Assembly: GCA_965287045.1 (NCBI GenBank)
Contig: OZ336872.1
Coordinates: 94,054,001 to 94,118,000, forward strand
Direction: 5' to 3'
Origin: Carcharhinus amblyrhynchos
Taxonomy: Eukaryota
Length of the DNA: 64,000 nt
The position numbers were made by a program, and so were the translations under genes. Positions 13,565 to 26,879 of this stretch are shown here, in pieces. The notes beneath the pieces were generated by a model, which was not told the origin of the DNA, ran no database searches, and was given only the letters and a program-made list of their open reading frames with translations. Each line of letters opens with the position of its first letter. Positions within the stretch are counted from its first letter, which is position 1.

Positions 13565-14493
13565 TGGCAGAATTCTTCTCCCCACCCCCACAAAAAATAA
13601 AGTTTAATAATGGCGAGAAAAATGGAGTGATCTGCGCCGGTCTCTCAGGTGCATGCCGAACCGCAATCGTTCCGCACTCAAGTCACTTTTTGGAGGGTGG
13701 TGAGTTATGCACCGGTACTGAGGGGACTGAGGCCTAAACACACTGGTGAGCCTGGCCACGGAGAGCTTGGGCATCGTTTCGCAAGGGTGTCCCAATCTCT
13801 CAGTGAAGTGGGAGACACCCGCCTCCCACAGACTTTGGGGTACACCTTGACACAGGTCGCCTGCACTTGGGCATCAGTGCTCTCACAATGGGTGGCCTTG
13901 TGAAAATACTGAAGTGCCTCCCTCCCCCCATCATGATCCCCTCCATGATCCACCTCTGCATGACCTCTCTTGCATAGCACCCCTCATCATGGTCCTCATG
14001 TCCTCACCCCACTCCCCCCGGTATTGCTGCTGGTATACTGGCAGTGCCCAACTGGTGCTGCAGGGGTCCCTAGTTGCCACTGCCAGGATGCATGCTGGAC
14101 ACCATTAGAATATCCAGTGGGCAGTGCCATGTGGGTAGTGTCTGACATGCTCCCAACCACCCCCTGCCCCCTCCCCCACCAGCATGACCAGCTGACCATG
14201 TTTGTGTTTGTGGAGAGCTGTACCAGTTCTTGCCATGGTGGCACTGAGCCCAAGGCCAGAAGATTCCCTGCACTGGATTTTGAATAAGCCATGCATAGTA
14301 AAATGCTATTTTAAATATGCTAATCAGCCTCACCCCCTTTCTGGGCATGAAAGAGTTCGTGCCATTGGAGAGGGGCCAGGAAAATAGCAAACTGCTTGGT
14401 GCTGGGCACTAATTGGATTTTTAGCATTGCACACTAGTTTTTCTGGCTCACCGCACTGTTCGTCGGGCACGGCAAGGTGTCAAAATCACACCC
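13565..14493. mobile_element. GC-rich non-autonomous PIF/Harbinger-type element (degraded)
   Basis: ends ggcagaattcttctcc and gtcaaaatcacaccc resemble the GGGC.(G/A)ATTTT TIR class seen elsewhere in the window; GC-rich body similar in style to 53186-54054. Confidence 0.5.
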
Positions 14494-14574
14494 TTGATTT
14501 TCATTCCAGAATGCACACTTGGTTTACTTGTTTGCCTGTGTGTGACAGACACACTGAACTTCCTCTGTAAAGTT

Positions 14575-14636
14575 GTATATTGTGTATTATCAAATAAATC
14601 GGTTGGACTAAAACCTGGTGTTGTCAGACTTTTTAC
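14575..14636 (+). mobile_element. single-arm copy of the PLE-type terminus
   Basis: tattatcaaataaatcggttggactaaaacctggtgttgtcagactttttac is near-identical to the hairpin arms at 10642 and 38550. Confidence 0.85.
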
Positions 14637-16879
14637 CATGTTATATATTAACATGGCAAGTTTTACCTGTGAACTATTTTCTGGTAGATCTTAGGTTAAC
14701 TCCACGCCCATTGAATATTTTGTATGTTTGTTGCTATTAACTGTGTTAAGAATGCGAACCAAAATGAAGTAAGCAAAACATGATAATCTTATAAATTAAC
14801 TCTTAATTTTATTTTGCTGCAACATATCTGGCAGACGAAGGGTAGCACTGATACTTACTCTAATAAGGCAGATAATCCAATTGGTTCCAAGTTAAATGCA
14901 ATAACTAACAACCGTGCTCCTTGAGGATTATAAAACATTCTTGTTAACAGTTGCTTTAATTTATGGGCAGTGGAAAATCAGGTATGTCAACCTACACCAT
15001 ATGGGGAAAAACATAATTATCCTTGCTGCAAACTGTTCCTTGCAGCCTGTTTTGTAACTATTAATGTCCAGCATAAAGTTTGAAAGTGAAAGTGACTTCA
15101 GCAACACAAATAAGTGCTGCTAATGTTGTTTTAGCCTGGGTTTTTCCAGATCATTTTTCATGGTTTGTCTCTCTGAATAGCAGGAGCATCAGAGACTGTC
15201 CAGTATTGAGTGCCAAGTGTTGTTTTGACAGTCTGATCCCCTGCCGTTTGCCATTTGACTGTGTTCTGACATGGCTCCAGAACGACTCTTTGTTTCTTTC
15301 AACTACAGGGGTCAGAGGTTAACAGAAAACTCATTTTTCCCCAGCGGTGATGATTTTGGAAATAGGCAAATATTCAGTATTGAGCTGATATTCAAGACTT
15401 GAATGTCTATCCAACCTAATGTTTGGCATTAATTGATTTTTGTGATGATTGAACAATCTTCATTTGATACATCTTAAAAGTATGACTATAAATCAGGATT
15501 TTGTTCCACAACTGAGTGGTCATTACGTTGGGTTCAAATTATAAAATTAACATGGACCCTCTTTTGCTCTATTGTGGGTTAATGATGGTGCTATTCCTAC
15601 TAATTTTGATGAACAAATTACTGTAATTAAGGTGCTAATTGTGCCTAATTTAATTGATTTCCATCTCAATCTCAGACTTTCTTAAATATACAAAATGTAA
15701 TTATAATTAATGTTGCGTTGAATAGCTCTTAATTGTAAGTGATGTATTTCTAATAGACTCCCATTTGAAACAACTAGTTCTATACTTAAAAGTCTCACTA
15801 GGCTTTTCTGTTGAAATCGAAACTTGTCATAAGACAAAAGTTTCACCTTTTTGCTTGCAAGCATAATAATTCAAAAAGTAATGATTTGTAAATAAAAAAT
15901 TTGTAAATAAATAGTTTGTCCAAAAGTCTCCAGCCAATGAACTTGACAGTTGAATGTGTTTGTTTGAAAATAAGTGCATTCTTGTTGAAAAAGACATCCC
16001 AGCTTTGAAAAATGTCCCATTTTGAAGCGTGCCAGGATGGGAAAGTGATTAATGCAGTGGCTAAGCAAATTAGCATGTCAAAAGCTTTGAATCAATACCA
16101 GTACTTTTTGCACTAGATGCAGAGGGGGGGAAGCCTGAGAAGCACCAGGAAGCTCTTGACAGCTGTGCCAATGTGCAAAAAAGGCTGTCGATGGTAATGC
16201 AGACATGGAAATGCTTTGGCAGCGAGGCTAATCCCAAAAAACGACTGGAGCAGATTAGTCAAAAACTACTTCAAAGAACCTAATTGCCTCAACAGAGCAA
16301 GGTGGAGAAATTGAGAACAGTGTAAAAAACAATTGGTGGTCAGTATCAAGCCAACACTTGATAGACATTGCATTAAATATTTACTCCACCCATCTTTTGT
16401 AGAAATAATTAAACAAGATCATTCCTGAACAAAGAGCTTGGCATATTAATATTTTACACCATCATAATTCTGGTAATAGATAAATATTAAATTCTTGCAT
16501 TTCAGATTGAGGCTGAACTTGAGTTTATAAATCTGTCTAGATTTGACAGATGTTTAAGCATGAAATTATTTTTGTAATGACTAGCTAATCTTTATATATA
16601 TAATATATATATCTTTCAACTTTTATTTTGCTGAAATTTTTGATTGGCCATACATTTGTAACATATTGTTGTATGAAACTGCTCAGTTCAGTTGACTCAG
16701 GTATATCCTATTTAGTTGGCAGCAGCTAAACTTCATTCTACTGTTGCATATGTTAATTCCACAAAACTACCTCCCTTGCAAGCTTTTTGTCAACTGAATA
16801 CTTCACTTAGTGATGCAGGTTAAGTTAGCCTACTCAGCAAAGTAACTTAGACAATGTGCTTGCTGACCTTTATGGGCAT

Positions 16880-17690
16880 CTAGTCCATCAATCTCTTGAT
16901 TTTTAAATACTCAAATCCCTCCTTGGCCTCACTCCTCCTGTCTTTGCAATCTTCTTCAGCCTTACAACTCTCAGAACTCTGCATTCCTCCAATTTTCGCC
17001 TCTTGTGCATCCCCCACAGCTTTCTCCCAACGTTGATTCAGCTGTCTAGACCGTAAACTCTAGAATTCCCTCCCCAGTCTTCTCTTTTCCTTTACAGTGC
17101 TTCTCAAAATCTGCCCTATGACCAAGCATTTGGTCACCTATCTTAATATCTCCCTCTCTAGCTCAGTTTCTTAACTTTTTATTAGCTCATGGGACATTGG
17201 CATCGCTGGCTGGCCAGCATTTATTGCCCATCCCTAGTTGGTGGTGAGCTGCCTTCTTGAACAATTGATAACACTGAGTGGCTGGCTAGGTCATTTCAGA
17301 GGGTATTTGAGAGTCAACCAGTGGACCTGAAATCACATGTAAGCCGGACCACGTAAGGACGGCAGATTTTCCTTCCCTAAATGACATTAGTGAACCAGTT
17401 GGGTTTTTCAATCAATCGAAAATGGTTTCATGATCATCAGTAGATTATTAATTCCAGATTTTTTTTATTGAATTCAAATTCCAGCAGCTGTTGTGGCAGG
17501 ATTCAAATCTGGAGCCCCAGAACATTAGCTCAGTTTCTAGATTAATAGTCTAGCGGTAATATCACTAGGTCATTGCCTCCTTTCACTGTCAATAGTTGTT
17601 TGAGAATTACATCTGTGAAGTACTTTGGCATATTTTATGCTGTTAAAGGTGTGATATAGGTACTATATACATGTTGTTGCATATAGCTGA
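16880..17690 (+). mobile_element. L2-clade LINE 3' fragment interrupted by a SINE
   Basis: tttaaatactcaaatccctccttggcctc...tagaattccctccc...ttaaaggtgtgatata...atgttgttg; similar to 32300-32680. Confidence 0.6.
17175..17580 (-). mobile_element. second tRNA-derived SINE family
   Basis: minus-strand head ggaggcaatgacctagtgatatt...agatttgaatcctgcc; 3' tail (ccagcatttattgcccatccctagttg on +) shared with LINE ends at 26915 and 33620. Confidence 0.7.
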
Positions 17691-17726
17691 AAGCAAATGA
17701 TATGTCCGCAGAGTTTGCTTAGTGAC

Positions 17727-17852
17727 CAATGCTGCCTCTAAGTTACACGGAAACCTGAAAGTTCTTGTGCAGGCCGCATTTAAGTTATGCGCACAGCTGT
17801 CCAAAATACTTGAAAGGACCCGTGAACTACGAAAAAAAAGAGGGTATATTTG
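17727..17852. mobile_element. small hAT-type MITE
   Basis: imperfect TIRs caatgctgcctct / agagggtatatttg, flanked by an ~8-bp duplication (tagtgac core on both sides). Confidence 0.55.
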
Positions 17853-20004
17853 TAGTGACCACGACATTGTTGCTGTGACACCTTAATTTAACGTTATGGT
17901 TTTTGAAAACAGCGCAGGGTTCAATTGTAAGAATCCAGCATGTTATGGGTTTTTGTGAGCTGAATATTTCCCCTTGTGATACGGACTTAGTTAGCCTTCT
18001 CAGCAAAGTAACTTGGACAATGGAACATAGGTCCTGTACCCACATTGACTCTGGGATGGAATTCTGTTTTGAATACTTTCCCTATTGATCCAGTCCGCAA
18101 CTTTGAGCTCATTCATAAAGGTAACTTACTGCATTGTGAACGTTTGCATGTGCTGAATGGTTTCTCCCCTGTTTGATCATCCAGAATGAGTAATTTTTGT
18201 GTTGAAATATGATTACCAGAACAGTAGAAGTCTTAACCTCCTTCAACACATAAAATTCTCACACAGTCCATCTTGAAGCACCCAAATAAGAGTTGACATG
18301 AACATTTTAGTAAACTATAAGAGTCAGTGTGTAAAATTTTAATAACATGTTCATTTATATTGGGGGGCAAACACCTGGCAATAAACTTATGGATTTTGTC
18401 CTTCCAAGTGTAGTCTGTGTTTTGAAGTATAAAGTTAACAGCTGTATAATACTAAACAGAAGTGTTGGTGGTTACATGTCTTTCAGTGCTGTGTGTGGTA
18501 GTGGCACAGCTATTTGCAGTGATAAATAAAGGGGCACTTTTATATTTCATGAGACTTGAGTGTTCCCCCAAGCACAGTTTCCATACAGCCATTGCAAGGT
18601 AAATAGTGAAACTCCTCTGAGGTTTGCTCAGAACAGTGGCATGAAAGCCCCACCAAAGATGTTAGCAGCCTTCTTTAAGAAACTCCAGCAGCTTTGCATG
18701 TAATATTCAACCATTTACACTGCATCCAAGATTCAAAAGTCCCATTGATACCAGTGTGATATAACATTTCCTGAAGACAGCACACAAGAATTATTTTAGC
18801 AGAATGTTTTTGATCTTTACTGGCAGGTGTGTGATTTATAAAAAAAACCCCTGCAGCTTTTAATGATTGTAGAACTTTGCAGTTTCTAAAATTGGCTCCA
18901 TTGCATTGTTTTGCTTTTTAGTGTTAATTACATGAATAATTTTGAATTGCTACTATCAAATGAACACATCAACTTTTAAAAAAAACTACTCGTTCTTGCT
19001 ATGGTTTGAGCTTGCTGCGTGTAAATGCACCACTTCACTGCAGACAATTTCAAAGTGCATCAGTTGGATGCAAATGTATTCCCCACTGTCTGTACAAATG
19101 GGGCAGTGCACTCTGGGGAGTCTAGTGCGTATAAACAATTGCAAATCTGGTTCCGTCAGAGTTAAAATTAGCCCTCCATATTCTCTATTCTGTAAAGCAT
19201 CGGTGTGCCACAATTTAAGTTGCCCGTTTCCCCTTCAAGCGACTGGAATAAACAGTGACAAGCAGACAAATATCCACATATAAAGGACACAGTACTGCAA
19301 ACACAATTCCAGCCTGCCCTTATCAGATACTCTGCTGAAGCTGGCTTATGATAAGAATAATACACAGTAGTTAGCCACAGCTTAACTAGATCTTATCAAT
19401 TATACTTCAACGTGCAATCTTGAAAGGATCAATACATGTGCTGTTTTTGTGTGGAGAAAGCAATGCTACTTTATCTCATGCTATGATGCACTGTAGATTA
19501 AGAACAACACTGTATTTGATCTGTAATGGTTACTAGAGCCCTTTCTAAGAAGCATGTTTCATCTTTAGAGAATTACTTGTTAGTAAACAAGTACATTTTG
19601 GTTGAGTTTGATATGAGAGCAATCGTAAAACACAATTTGCACATTAAAATTTGGCTACATCCAGTCTAAGAAGTAGGAACAACTACGTTAAATTTAAAGC
19701 AATTTTTTTTACTACAATGCATGTATTCTTGCTTTAACTGAGCTTCTGTGAGTTTAAATGTGAATTCTATTTATTGTTTTCTCTCAAATATAATTCAAAT
19801 TTAACTTGATTAAATTGGCTCTTGTAATTTGAATTCTATTCTAGGGAAGCAATAAAATCATTCACATTTGAATACACAAAAGTATCTCAGGCTGGTTTTG
19901 GAAGGGGAGAAAGTGCTGCAATGAGTTGTATTTATTTATTTGGATGGTAGCAGAGCAAGCTGGGCTGATGCTGCTCCATTGAAGGACACTGCTCGTTTTC
20001 TGCT

Positions 20005-20150
20005 ATAGTTATAGAGTCGTGGAGCAATACAGCATGGAAACAGGCCCTTTGACCCAACCAGTCCATGCCGACCATGGTGCCCTCCCAACTATTCCCAATT
20101 GCCTGCTTTTCACCCATATCCCCCTAATCCTTTTCCATCCGTGCACTTAT
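20005..20150 (-). mobile_element. CR1 LINE 3' tail
   Basis: atacagcatggaaacaggccctttgacccaaccagtccatgccgacc resembles the CR1 tails at 50830 and 52080. Confidence 0.7.
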
Positions 20151-20239
20151 CCATATAAAATGTTCTGCTATATTTGTTTTCTATTAAACAACATAAAAGT
20201 TAAATAATTTAAATATTTGAAGAATTTGTCATTTACAGT

Positions 20240-20583
20240 GGCTAGGATTATCTCAGAAGGTGGGGTAAGTCCCATGTGCAGTTCTGAGCCTGGACAGGCA
20301 TGCAGCGGGAATGGAGCCGCAGTCTCCCCAGAGGCGACCTCTTAACTGGTCGATGGCCTGACAGCCAGCCCTCCAATCAGCTCTGCAGGTTCAGCAGTGC
20401 CACAAAGAGGTGCTGAGGCTCTAAGGAAAACGAGAGAGCATCTTCTCGCAGGAGGGACAATGCAGCAAGCCCTGAGGATCGGCATGCTAATCCCTTTCGC
20501 AGTGATATTGGGACCACATTAGAGCTTCTGGTAGCCTCCCTCTGCTTTCCTGCCTGCGAGCTGTGGGTGGGAAAATCCTGCCC
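20240..20583. mobile_element. Harbinger-type MITE
   Basis: ends ggctaggattatct / ggaaaatcctgccc. Confidence 0.55.
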
Positions 20584-20679
20584 AAAAATATTGTCACACT
20601 AAAAAAAATCAGAATTCTTGTTTGCAGTGGGAGGAGGACTGTCATTTGACACAGTGCTGTCACTGAAAAATATTCAGAT

Positions 20680-20869
20680 GGGCGGGATCTTCCTGCACCC
20701 AGCTCATTTTCCAGTGGCAGCGGCAGCTCACCATTGGCTGCTGGGGTAACCTTCCAGTCCCACCAATGTCTATGGCACTTCACATGCCTTGCCCATCCTG
20801 CTGGCAACCCTTCAGTTGGATCACCTTTGAGAAGATCCTGTCACCAAGATGGGCTGGAAAACCCTGCCC
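20680..20869. mobile_element. Harbinger-type MITE
   Basis: TIRs gggcgggatcttcc / ggaaaaccctgccc. Confidence 0.65.
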
Positions 20870-21194
20870 AATGTGTCTACTGGAGTTTGCTTCGTTATAG
20901 CTTATGTTTGGAAAGAGGTTTTTCTGAATACATTTTCCCAAGGACAACAATGGATTTTAAATTGTGTGACAATGCTTCCAAGTAGAAAAGAATTATTCAA
21001 ATAACTGATGTGCATTCTACCATATAAATTCTTAAGATATAGGAGCAGAATTAGGCCATTCAGCCTATCATGTCCGCTCCACCATTCAATCATGGCTATA
21101 AATGGGAAATAGTTGTTACTATCCTGAGCCCTCATTTTGTAAGTAGTGCAGCTTTACTGCACATTCTTTCGTGTTGCCTATGTATAGTTGCTCG

Positions 21195-21319
21195 CGAAAC
21201 CCACGCAGAGTCGGGGAGAACATGCAAATTCCACACAGTCAGTGACGCAAGCAGGAATCGAACCCGTGTCCCTGGCACTGTGAGACAGTAGTGCTAACCA
21301 CTGTGCCACCATGCCACCC
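21195..21319 (-). mobile_element. HE1-like SINE, 5' half
   Basis: gaaacccacgcagagtcggggagaacatgcaaattccacacag...gtgctaaccactgtgccaccatgccaccc. Confidence 0.85.
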
Positions 21320-21565
21320 TGGTTAAAATGGAAAGCCCCTGAGAAAGGTATAGGGATCACAGTACATGGTTAACTCTCACCCATTGATTGCAATCAGGCA
21401 ATATGCCATCCATCCTATTCATTGGCTAGATGCATCTGCAGGAGGCCAAATTCATAACTCGTAGCACCACTAAAAGCTGATTTGCATTGTGGGTGGAGCA
21501 GCTACAGGGATGCATGGCTGAAGAGAATCTGAGCTGCAGGAGAAAGGAGTGGTACAGCTGGGGAG

Positions 21566-21720
21566 AGATTAACTCCAAGATTTTGAGACTTCTCACTGGA
21601 AGTCTTGGTGGGCGGAATGAAAAGGAGGAGCGATATCATGTATCAGCAACGGGGAAGGACGTTCTTCAGATGCAGTGGAAGCAGCTAGCTGTGAATGCCA
21701 GGAGTCCAGTGCTGCAAGAA
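21566..21720 (+). pseudogene. Myb/SANT-like (MSANTD-type) DNA-binding gene relic of a PIF/Harbinger transposon
   Basis: manual translation RLTPRF*DFSLEVLVGGMKRRSDIMY, then after a frameshift LQMQWKQLAVNARSPV; resembles the PRFSDxxLExLxxxVxxRRxxLY...WxxxAxxVNA motif. Confidence 0.65.
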
Positions 21721-22104
21721 GATCAATCCTCAAAAACAAGTAGTCAAAATCAAATGGAAAACTGACTATTGCCCCTTGATATTACCACCAAACCCTCACT
21801 GATTGGCCCTCTGCTCCATTGGTTCAGTCTGCCGAGAGATGGGAAGTATCAGGAGCAGTGATGTTTTTCGGCTGTCTGCCGCCCCTTCTTTCCTTTCCCT
21901 TTATCTCCCACTTTGTTCTCCTGTCCCATTCTGTTGGCAGGAGCTTTGCATGTCTCCTTGGCAGTAGTCAGGATGGCTGTTCTGTCTCCTTGGCCTTTGT
22001 CATCTGTACATAATTAAGGCCATATTTAGGGTAGATCTTATAGAGATGGCCTGCTCCACCACACAGTGGTGTCTGTTTTTAGTCCTTTGCTTGATTCCTG
22101 CCTG

Positions 22105-22345
22105 CAATCCTTGGAAGATCCCCTTCCAAGTCACTCACCATCCCCATTTGGAAATATGATCACCGTTCCTTCACTGTTACTGGGTCAAAATCTTGGAACT
22201 CCCTCTGTAATGTGGGCGTACCTACACCACATAAACAGCAGTGGAAGAAAACAGCTCACCACTACTTCCTGAAGGGCAATTAGAGATGGACAATAAATGC
22301 TGGCCAAAAGGCAACCCGCATCCCACAAATGAGAAAAAGTGCTGA
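22105..22345 (+). mobile_element. CR1-clade LINE 3' end (family with gggcaattagggatgggcaataaatgctgg tail)
   Basis: ttggaaatatgatcaccgttccttcactgttactgggtcaaaatcttggaactccct...gggcaattagagatggacaataaatgctggcc; reverse complement of the ends at 26900 and 33600. Confidence 0.7.
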
Positions 22346-22941
22346 TTCAGATGTAGATCAAAATGTTTGGTGCAGTTGGAGGCCTGCCAGAAATCCTGTG
22401 GTGGTTCAATGTGCCAAGAGGTGTCTGGTACCAAGTTGGCAGAACTTGAAGCCCATCCTTTCCAGTGTGAGACAGCAAGCCAATTCCATTCACATATTTG
22501 TCGATCCAAACATGATGGTCGATTTCTCAGCTTCTGTTGTGACACCAATAACGTCCGCATTCTGCTATAGGCTTCTGTCATCATGGATGTGAATTATAGT
22601 GTGCAAAGGCATTCCAGCAATCTGCTCTCTGACAAATCTTTCAGATTGCTGAGGCGCCACCTTGGCGGAGTGGCAATGACTCCATCGTTGTGTGCTGATT
22701 GATGTCATGATCCGCCTACTCTGCAAACATCTGGTGAATGTTCACTGTGCGTGCACTAAAGCAGTCTGGTGTCAGGTGCGAGACACTACAAGTATGTGCA
22801 TGCTATTTGGCCACCATTTTGAAGTTTTTAGTTTTAATAATAAATTGGGGCTAATTTGTCCCCCATTCCCTTTTCTATTAAGACTGCATCATCCCTGAAA
22901 TGTAAAACAGGACTACACTGGCCACAGTTTCACTTCTAGGT

Positions 22942-23168
22942 AAAGTCACCATTGTACCAGGTGACCATAGACTCCTCCTCCCTTTTGAGGAGAAGAGCTG
23001 ACTGGTAATGATTTAACTTGAGGGTCATCACACCTCAGGCGGAGGAGGCAAGATTGAAAGGGTGGACATTCAAGAATAACCTCAGCCAATGTTGGAATTG
23101 AATCCACACTGTTGGCATTGCTCCACATCATAAATCAGCCGTCCAGCACACTGAGCTAACCAAATCCC
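22942..23168 (-). mobile_element. third tRNA-derived SINE family
   Basis: minus strand starts gggatttggttagctcagtgtgctgg (A box) ... gtggattcaattcc (B box); ends ggtgactttacc. Confidence 0.65.
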
Positions 23169-23939
23169 TAAGTTCAACAGCAGTACAACAGTGTGGCAAG
23201 AATTTGTGTTGTTATTTAATGCATTGCGGAAGAGGCTCTTGTAATATGAGCCTTCCAGGATAATTACAGCTCCATTGTTTTTCCTCTGCAGTAACTAATA
23301 CATTGTGATTCAATATCAACACCATACCAACCAAATAAAAAGAATATATTTTCCTTTTAAGGTAGAGAAAATACAGTATCTGATTGTGCTTTGAGGAGAT
23401 CTTTTTATTTGAATAGAACAAAGCATTTATCTTGGCTTCTTCTGTTATATGTTACCCTATTTCCCTGTGTGACTGCATCTTTGCACCACATTTTTGAGAT
23501 GGGTTTTTTGTCCGCAAGTTATTGTTTAGTGGGAGCGGATTAATGGACCCTTTGTTGATGTTATCCTTGCACAATATCAGATTAACTTCTTTTATTGGTG
23601 ACAGAATTCTACACCTCAGTATCATGTGTTCAACCAAAGAAACAAAAGCAAGTTAAGAGGAAAATCAGAGTTGTTTTCAGTTTTGTAGGTACTGTAGATT
23701 TCTTGACTCAATGGCCTGATTCAGATTTTGTTGCAAAGCAACACACAACATTCATCATGCTTACAGTTGCCTGCAGACTTTATGTGGAATTTTGAGCAGT
23801 AAACTTCTGCAACTGGGCATCAATGCAGTGCCCTCCATGGGGAACCTGCGGCCTGTGTGAGCAAGGAAGGCAGCAGCCTGCCTTTCCAACCAATCAGATT
23901 GAAGAATTCTCACAGGGACATGCAAGGTGGAATTTTATC

Positions 23940-24430
23940 AACAAAAACTTCCATTCATATAGCACCTTTAACATAATGAAACTTGCCACGGTACTTTATA
24001 AAACATCATAAAACCAAGTATGACACAGGCCACTCAAGTTGATCCAAAGACCAAGAGCTTGGTTAAAGAGGATATTTGAAGGAGTGTCTTAAAGTGAGGT
24101 GGAGAGGTGTAGGGAGGGTAGTCCAGAGTTTGGAGACCAGGCAAGTGAAGGCACTGTCACCAATGGTATAACAATTGAAACTTGGGCAATATGAGAAGCC
24201 AGAATTAAAGGAGTGCAAAAATTTCAGAAGGTTATGGGTTGGGAAGGAGAGTCATTATCATAGAGTCATAGAAACCCTACAGTGCAGAAAGGCCATTCGG
24301 CCCATTGAGTCTGCACCAATCACAATCCCATCTGGGATTGCCACATCCAATGGAAGAATCGTAAAATCATGTATATGTTGCAAAATAGAGTGAAAACAAG
24401 CTGGGAGTGAGAGATAAAGATTTAAAAAGA
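23940..24430 (-). mobile_element. L2 3' fragment containing an inserted SINE/CR1 tail at ~24258-24330
   Basis: aacttccattcatatagcacctttaacataatgaaac is the reverse complement of an L2 end; catagaaaccctacagtgcagaaaggccattcggccc lies inside. Confidence 0.65.
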
Positions 24431-26879
24431 TAAAAGAAAAAGTAAAAAAAATTAAATACTAAAGGAACTCGACTCCAGACTTGTAAAATTAAATTTCCAT
24501 TCCAGCGAGGTACATTGACAGTAACTTATTGTTAAACTTTAATTTTCATCTGATGCAATGTTACGGCCTCAACTCCATCTGGCAATGGATAACTAATGGG
24601 TCAGTAATAACAACTTAATGGTTTTATGTAGATTTTAATGCCAACTTGATGGTAGCGATGTAACTAACACAGCTTGTGAAAGCAGAGTAAACTTCTGGGC
24701 CATTCATGCCTTGCTGCCAGAGAGGATGGAGAATTTGGTGCTCAGCCAAATCTCTGTTAGCTGTAGTGGGACAGGAGAATCCCACTGGTGTGAATGGTCA
24801 GAGAATTTCATCCTTTGTTTTTACATTTGACTGCATTTTGCAGACTTTGCAAGTTCTGGTCTAATTTGCTTCAACGTAATGGTGAATGTTTTTTGCTTCT
24901 TGGCTATTCTTAATGCAAAATTTGGGCCACTGTGGCATATTATTTGGATTTTGTAGCAGATAAACTGCTTTAGTTTGGGAAGTTGAGATCTCCCGAAAAT
25001 GCTGCACGCTCAGGACACTTTCAAAGCATTCACAGGTATCATAGGCAATAACTGCATTCGGAATATGTAATCGGACCATATGATAGTGTTAAGAACCAAT
25101 CAGTGTGAAAGGTTAGTGGGTGGCAATCCACAGAAATCTTTACACAACCATTTCCTTGTTGAAGTTGGAGCCCCAGCACAGAAATCAATAAACTGGTTGT
25201 AAATGGGTTTATGTGAAAAGTGAAACATTCCAGATATTGTGCCCAGTGGGGATTGGGATGCAGGCTAAATATAACCTCCCATTCAGCTTTACACCATAAG
25301 TGCTCATTGTTAATAGAAATCAATACATGGTTAACAACCTCTGATAGCCTCAAAAAGGAGCAGTTATTGAGACAATTCTTGGTAAAGTAAATCCCAATTG
25401 CAATGGTATGCAGCAATGTGAATAACTTCAATTCAGTGTTTAAGTATCACATCCTTCTACTAAACACCAGACTTTATCATCTCTGGCTTTAATTTGACTG
25501 ATTCTCTTGTCCAGATTTGCATTACTGTCAACTGTTGATAAACCAAAAACAAAAGCACTTGAGTTGGAGATGAGCTGAAATGAGTAATGGGAATTGTTCC
25601 TTGGACTCCTAACTTTGCACTGGCCCTTTAAGCCGTATGAAAATTAAAATTTCATGCTTAATTTAACTTGTCTCCAATTGTAATCATGCATCCATAGCCA
25701 CAAACCAAATGAATGTGTAGTTCACAGCGTACTTGCATTTTCTAAACTAAGGTACGCATTGAAATACGGGAGGGAGGCAGTGACTTGGCAGTCATCCAAA
25801 TGGAACATTTCAAATACATCATAGATTACACAAATACAGCTTGATTGGTTTGTGGATGTCATCTGAACCCTGAGAATGGATTACAGCCTTCAACCATTCC
25901 CCAGATATTTATTGTTTTTGATATAATACAGCAATGCTGAATGGTATAAAGTTAATCATCCTGACACTCCAGCATGCTGAGCATGGTTGCAAGGTTGAAG
26001 TAGCATGATGCTTGACTGGAAGATATAGAGTGCCTTGTGGTGGGTGCTGTTGTACTGTGATAATTTCCTCCTTTGGACTCCATTTTCAGCATTAGCATTG
26101 TTCGTGTTAGAATGGCCAGTGTTGTGTTTCAAATGCCAGTGGTCAGTTTACAGCATATTTACCTTAATCAGCATAGCTAAGTTTGGGATTGGACTGGTCC
26201 AGGGAGCACACAAGTGATGTGAAGAGAAAATTGAGCAGAACTGGTATTCGAAGCAGTGTCATTTATGTCACAGTAGGGGAACACAATCTCAGCAGAACCT
26301 GCAAGGGTATGACAACCCATTAAGCGATATTTTAATACAGTGATCGTTAGAATACAGCCTGTGCTGAAAGAAGTGAAAACCACTTCATTTTACCAGCTAT
26401 AATGATTTGAAATAATGATTTTAGTGATTTTAATGATTTAAATGGTTTTAGTCTCAGCTAGTTCGCAATGTTTATTGGTACTAGCATTAAAAATACGCCC
26501 ACAAAATAATAGTCTTCGAGAGGCCATAAAAAGGTGGTTAGTGCGCTAAATGGAAAAAATCTACACTGCTGCACTTATGAATTTGGAGCTGAGGTATGTT
26601 ATTGGGAAACTTGACTCTGGATCTAAATGCTAAATATTCAATGCAGAACAATTAGATTCAGTGAGTTCCTGTAATAGGCTGAAGCTATTGTGATTAAAGT
26701 AGATCAGGTTTCCCTTTTCAGACTTCATTGGAAAAATGCTACCTGCAATGAGCCATCAGGCTGGTTTATCCAGAGATTTTTTTTAATTTCTATTGGATTC
26801 TGATTTCATATTTTGGTCTTTGCCAATATGAATGCACTGCTATACAAGACTGTACAAATGCAGAAAATACTGTTTATTT

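Noticed and set aside
14232-14287. KARRFPALDFE as the start of a Harbinger Myb/SANT protein
   Set aside because: Resembles the PRFSDxDLE motif but is too short and ends in a stop; not supportable alone
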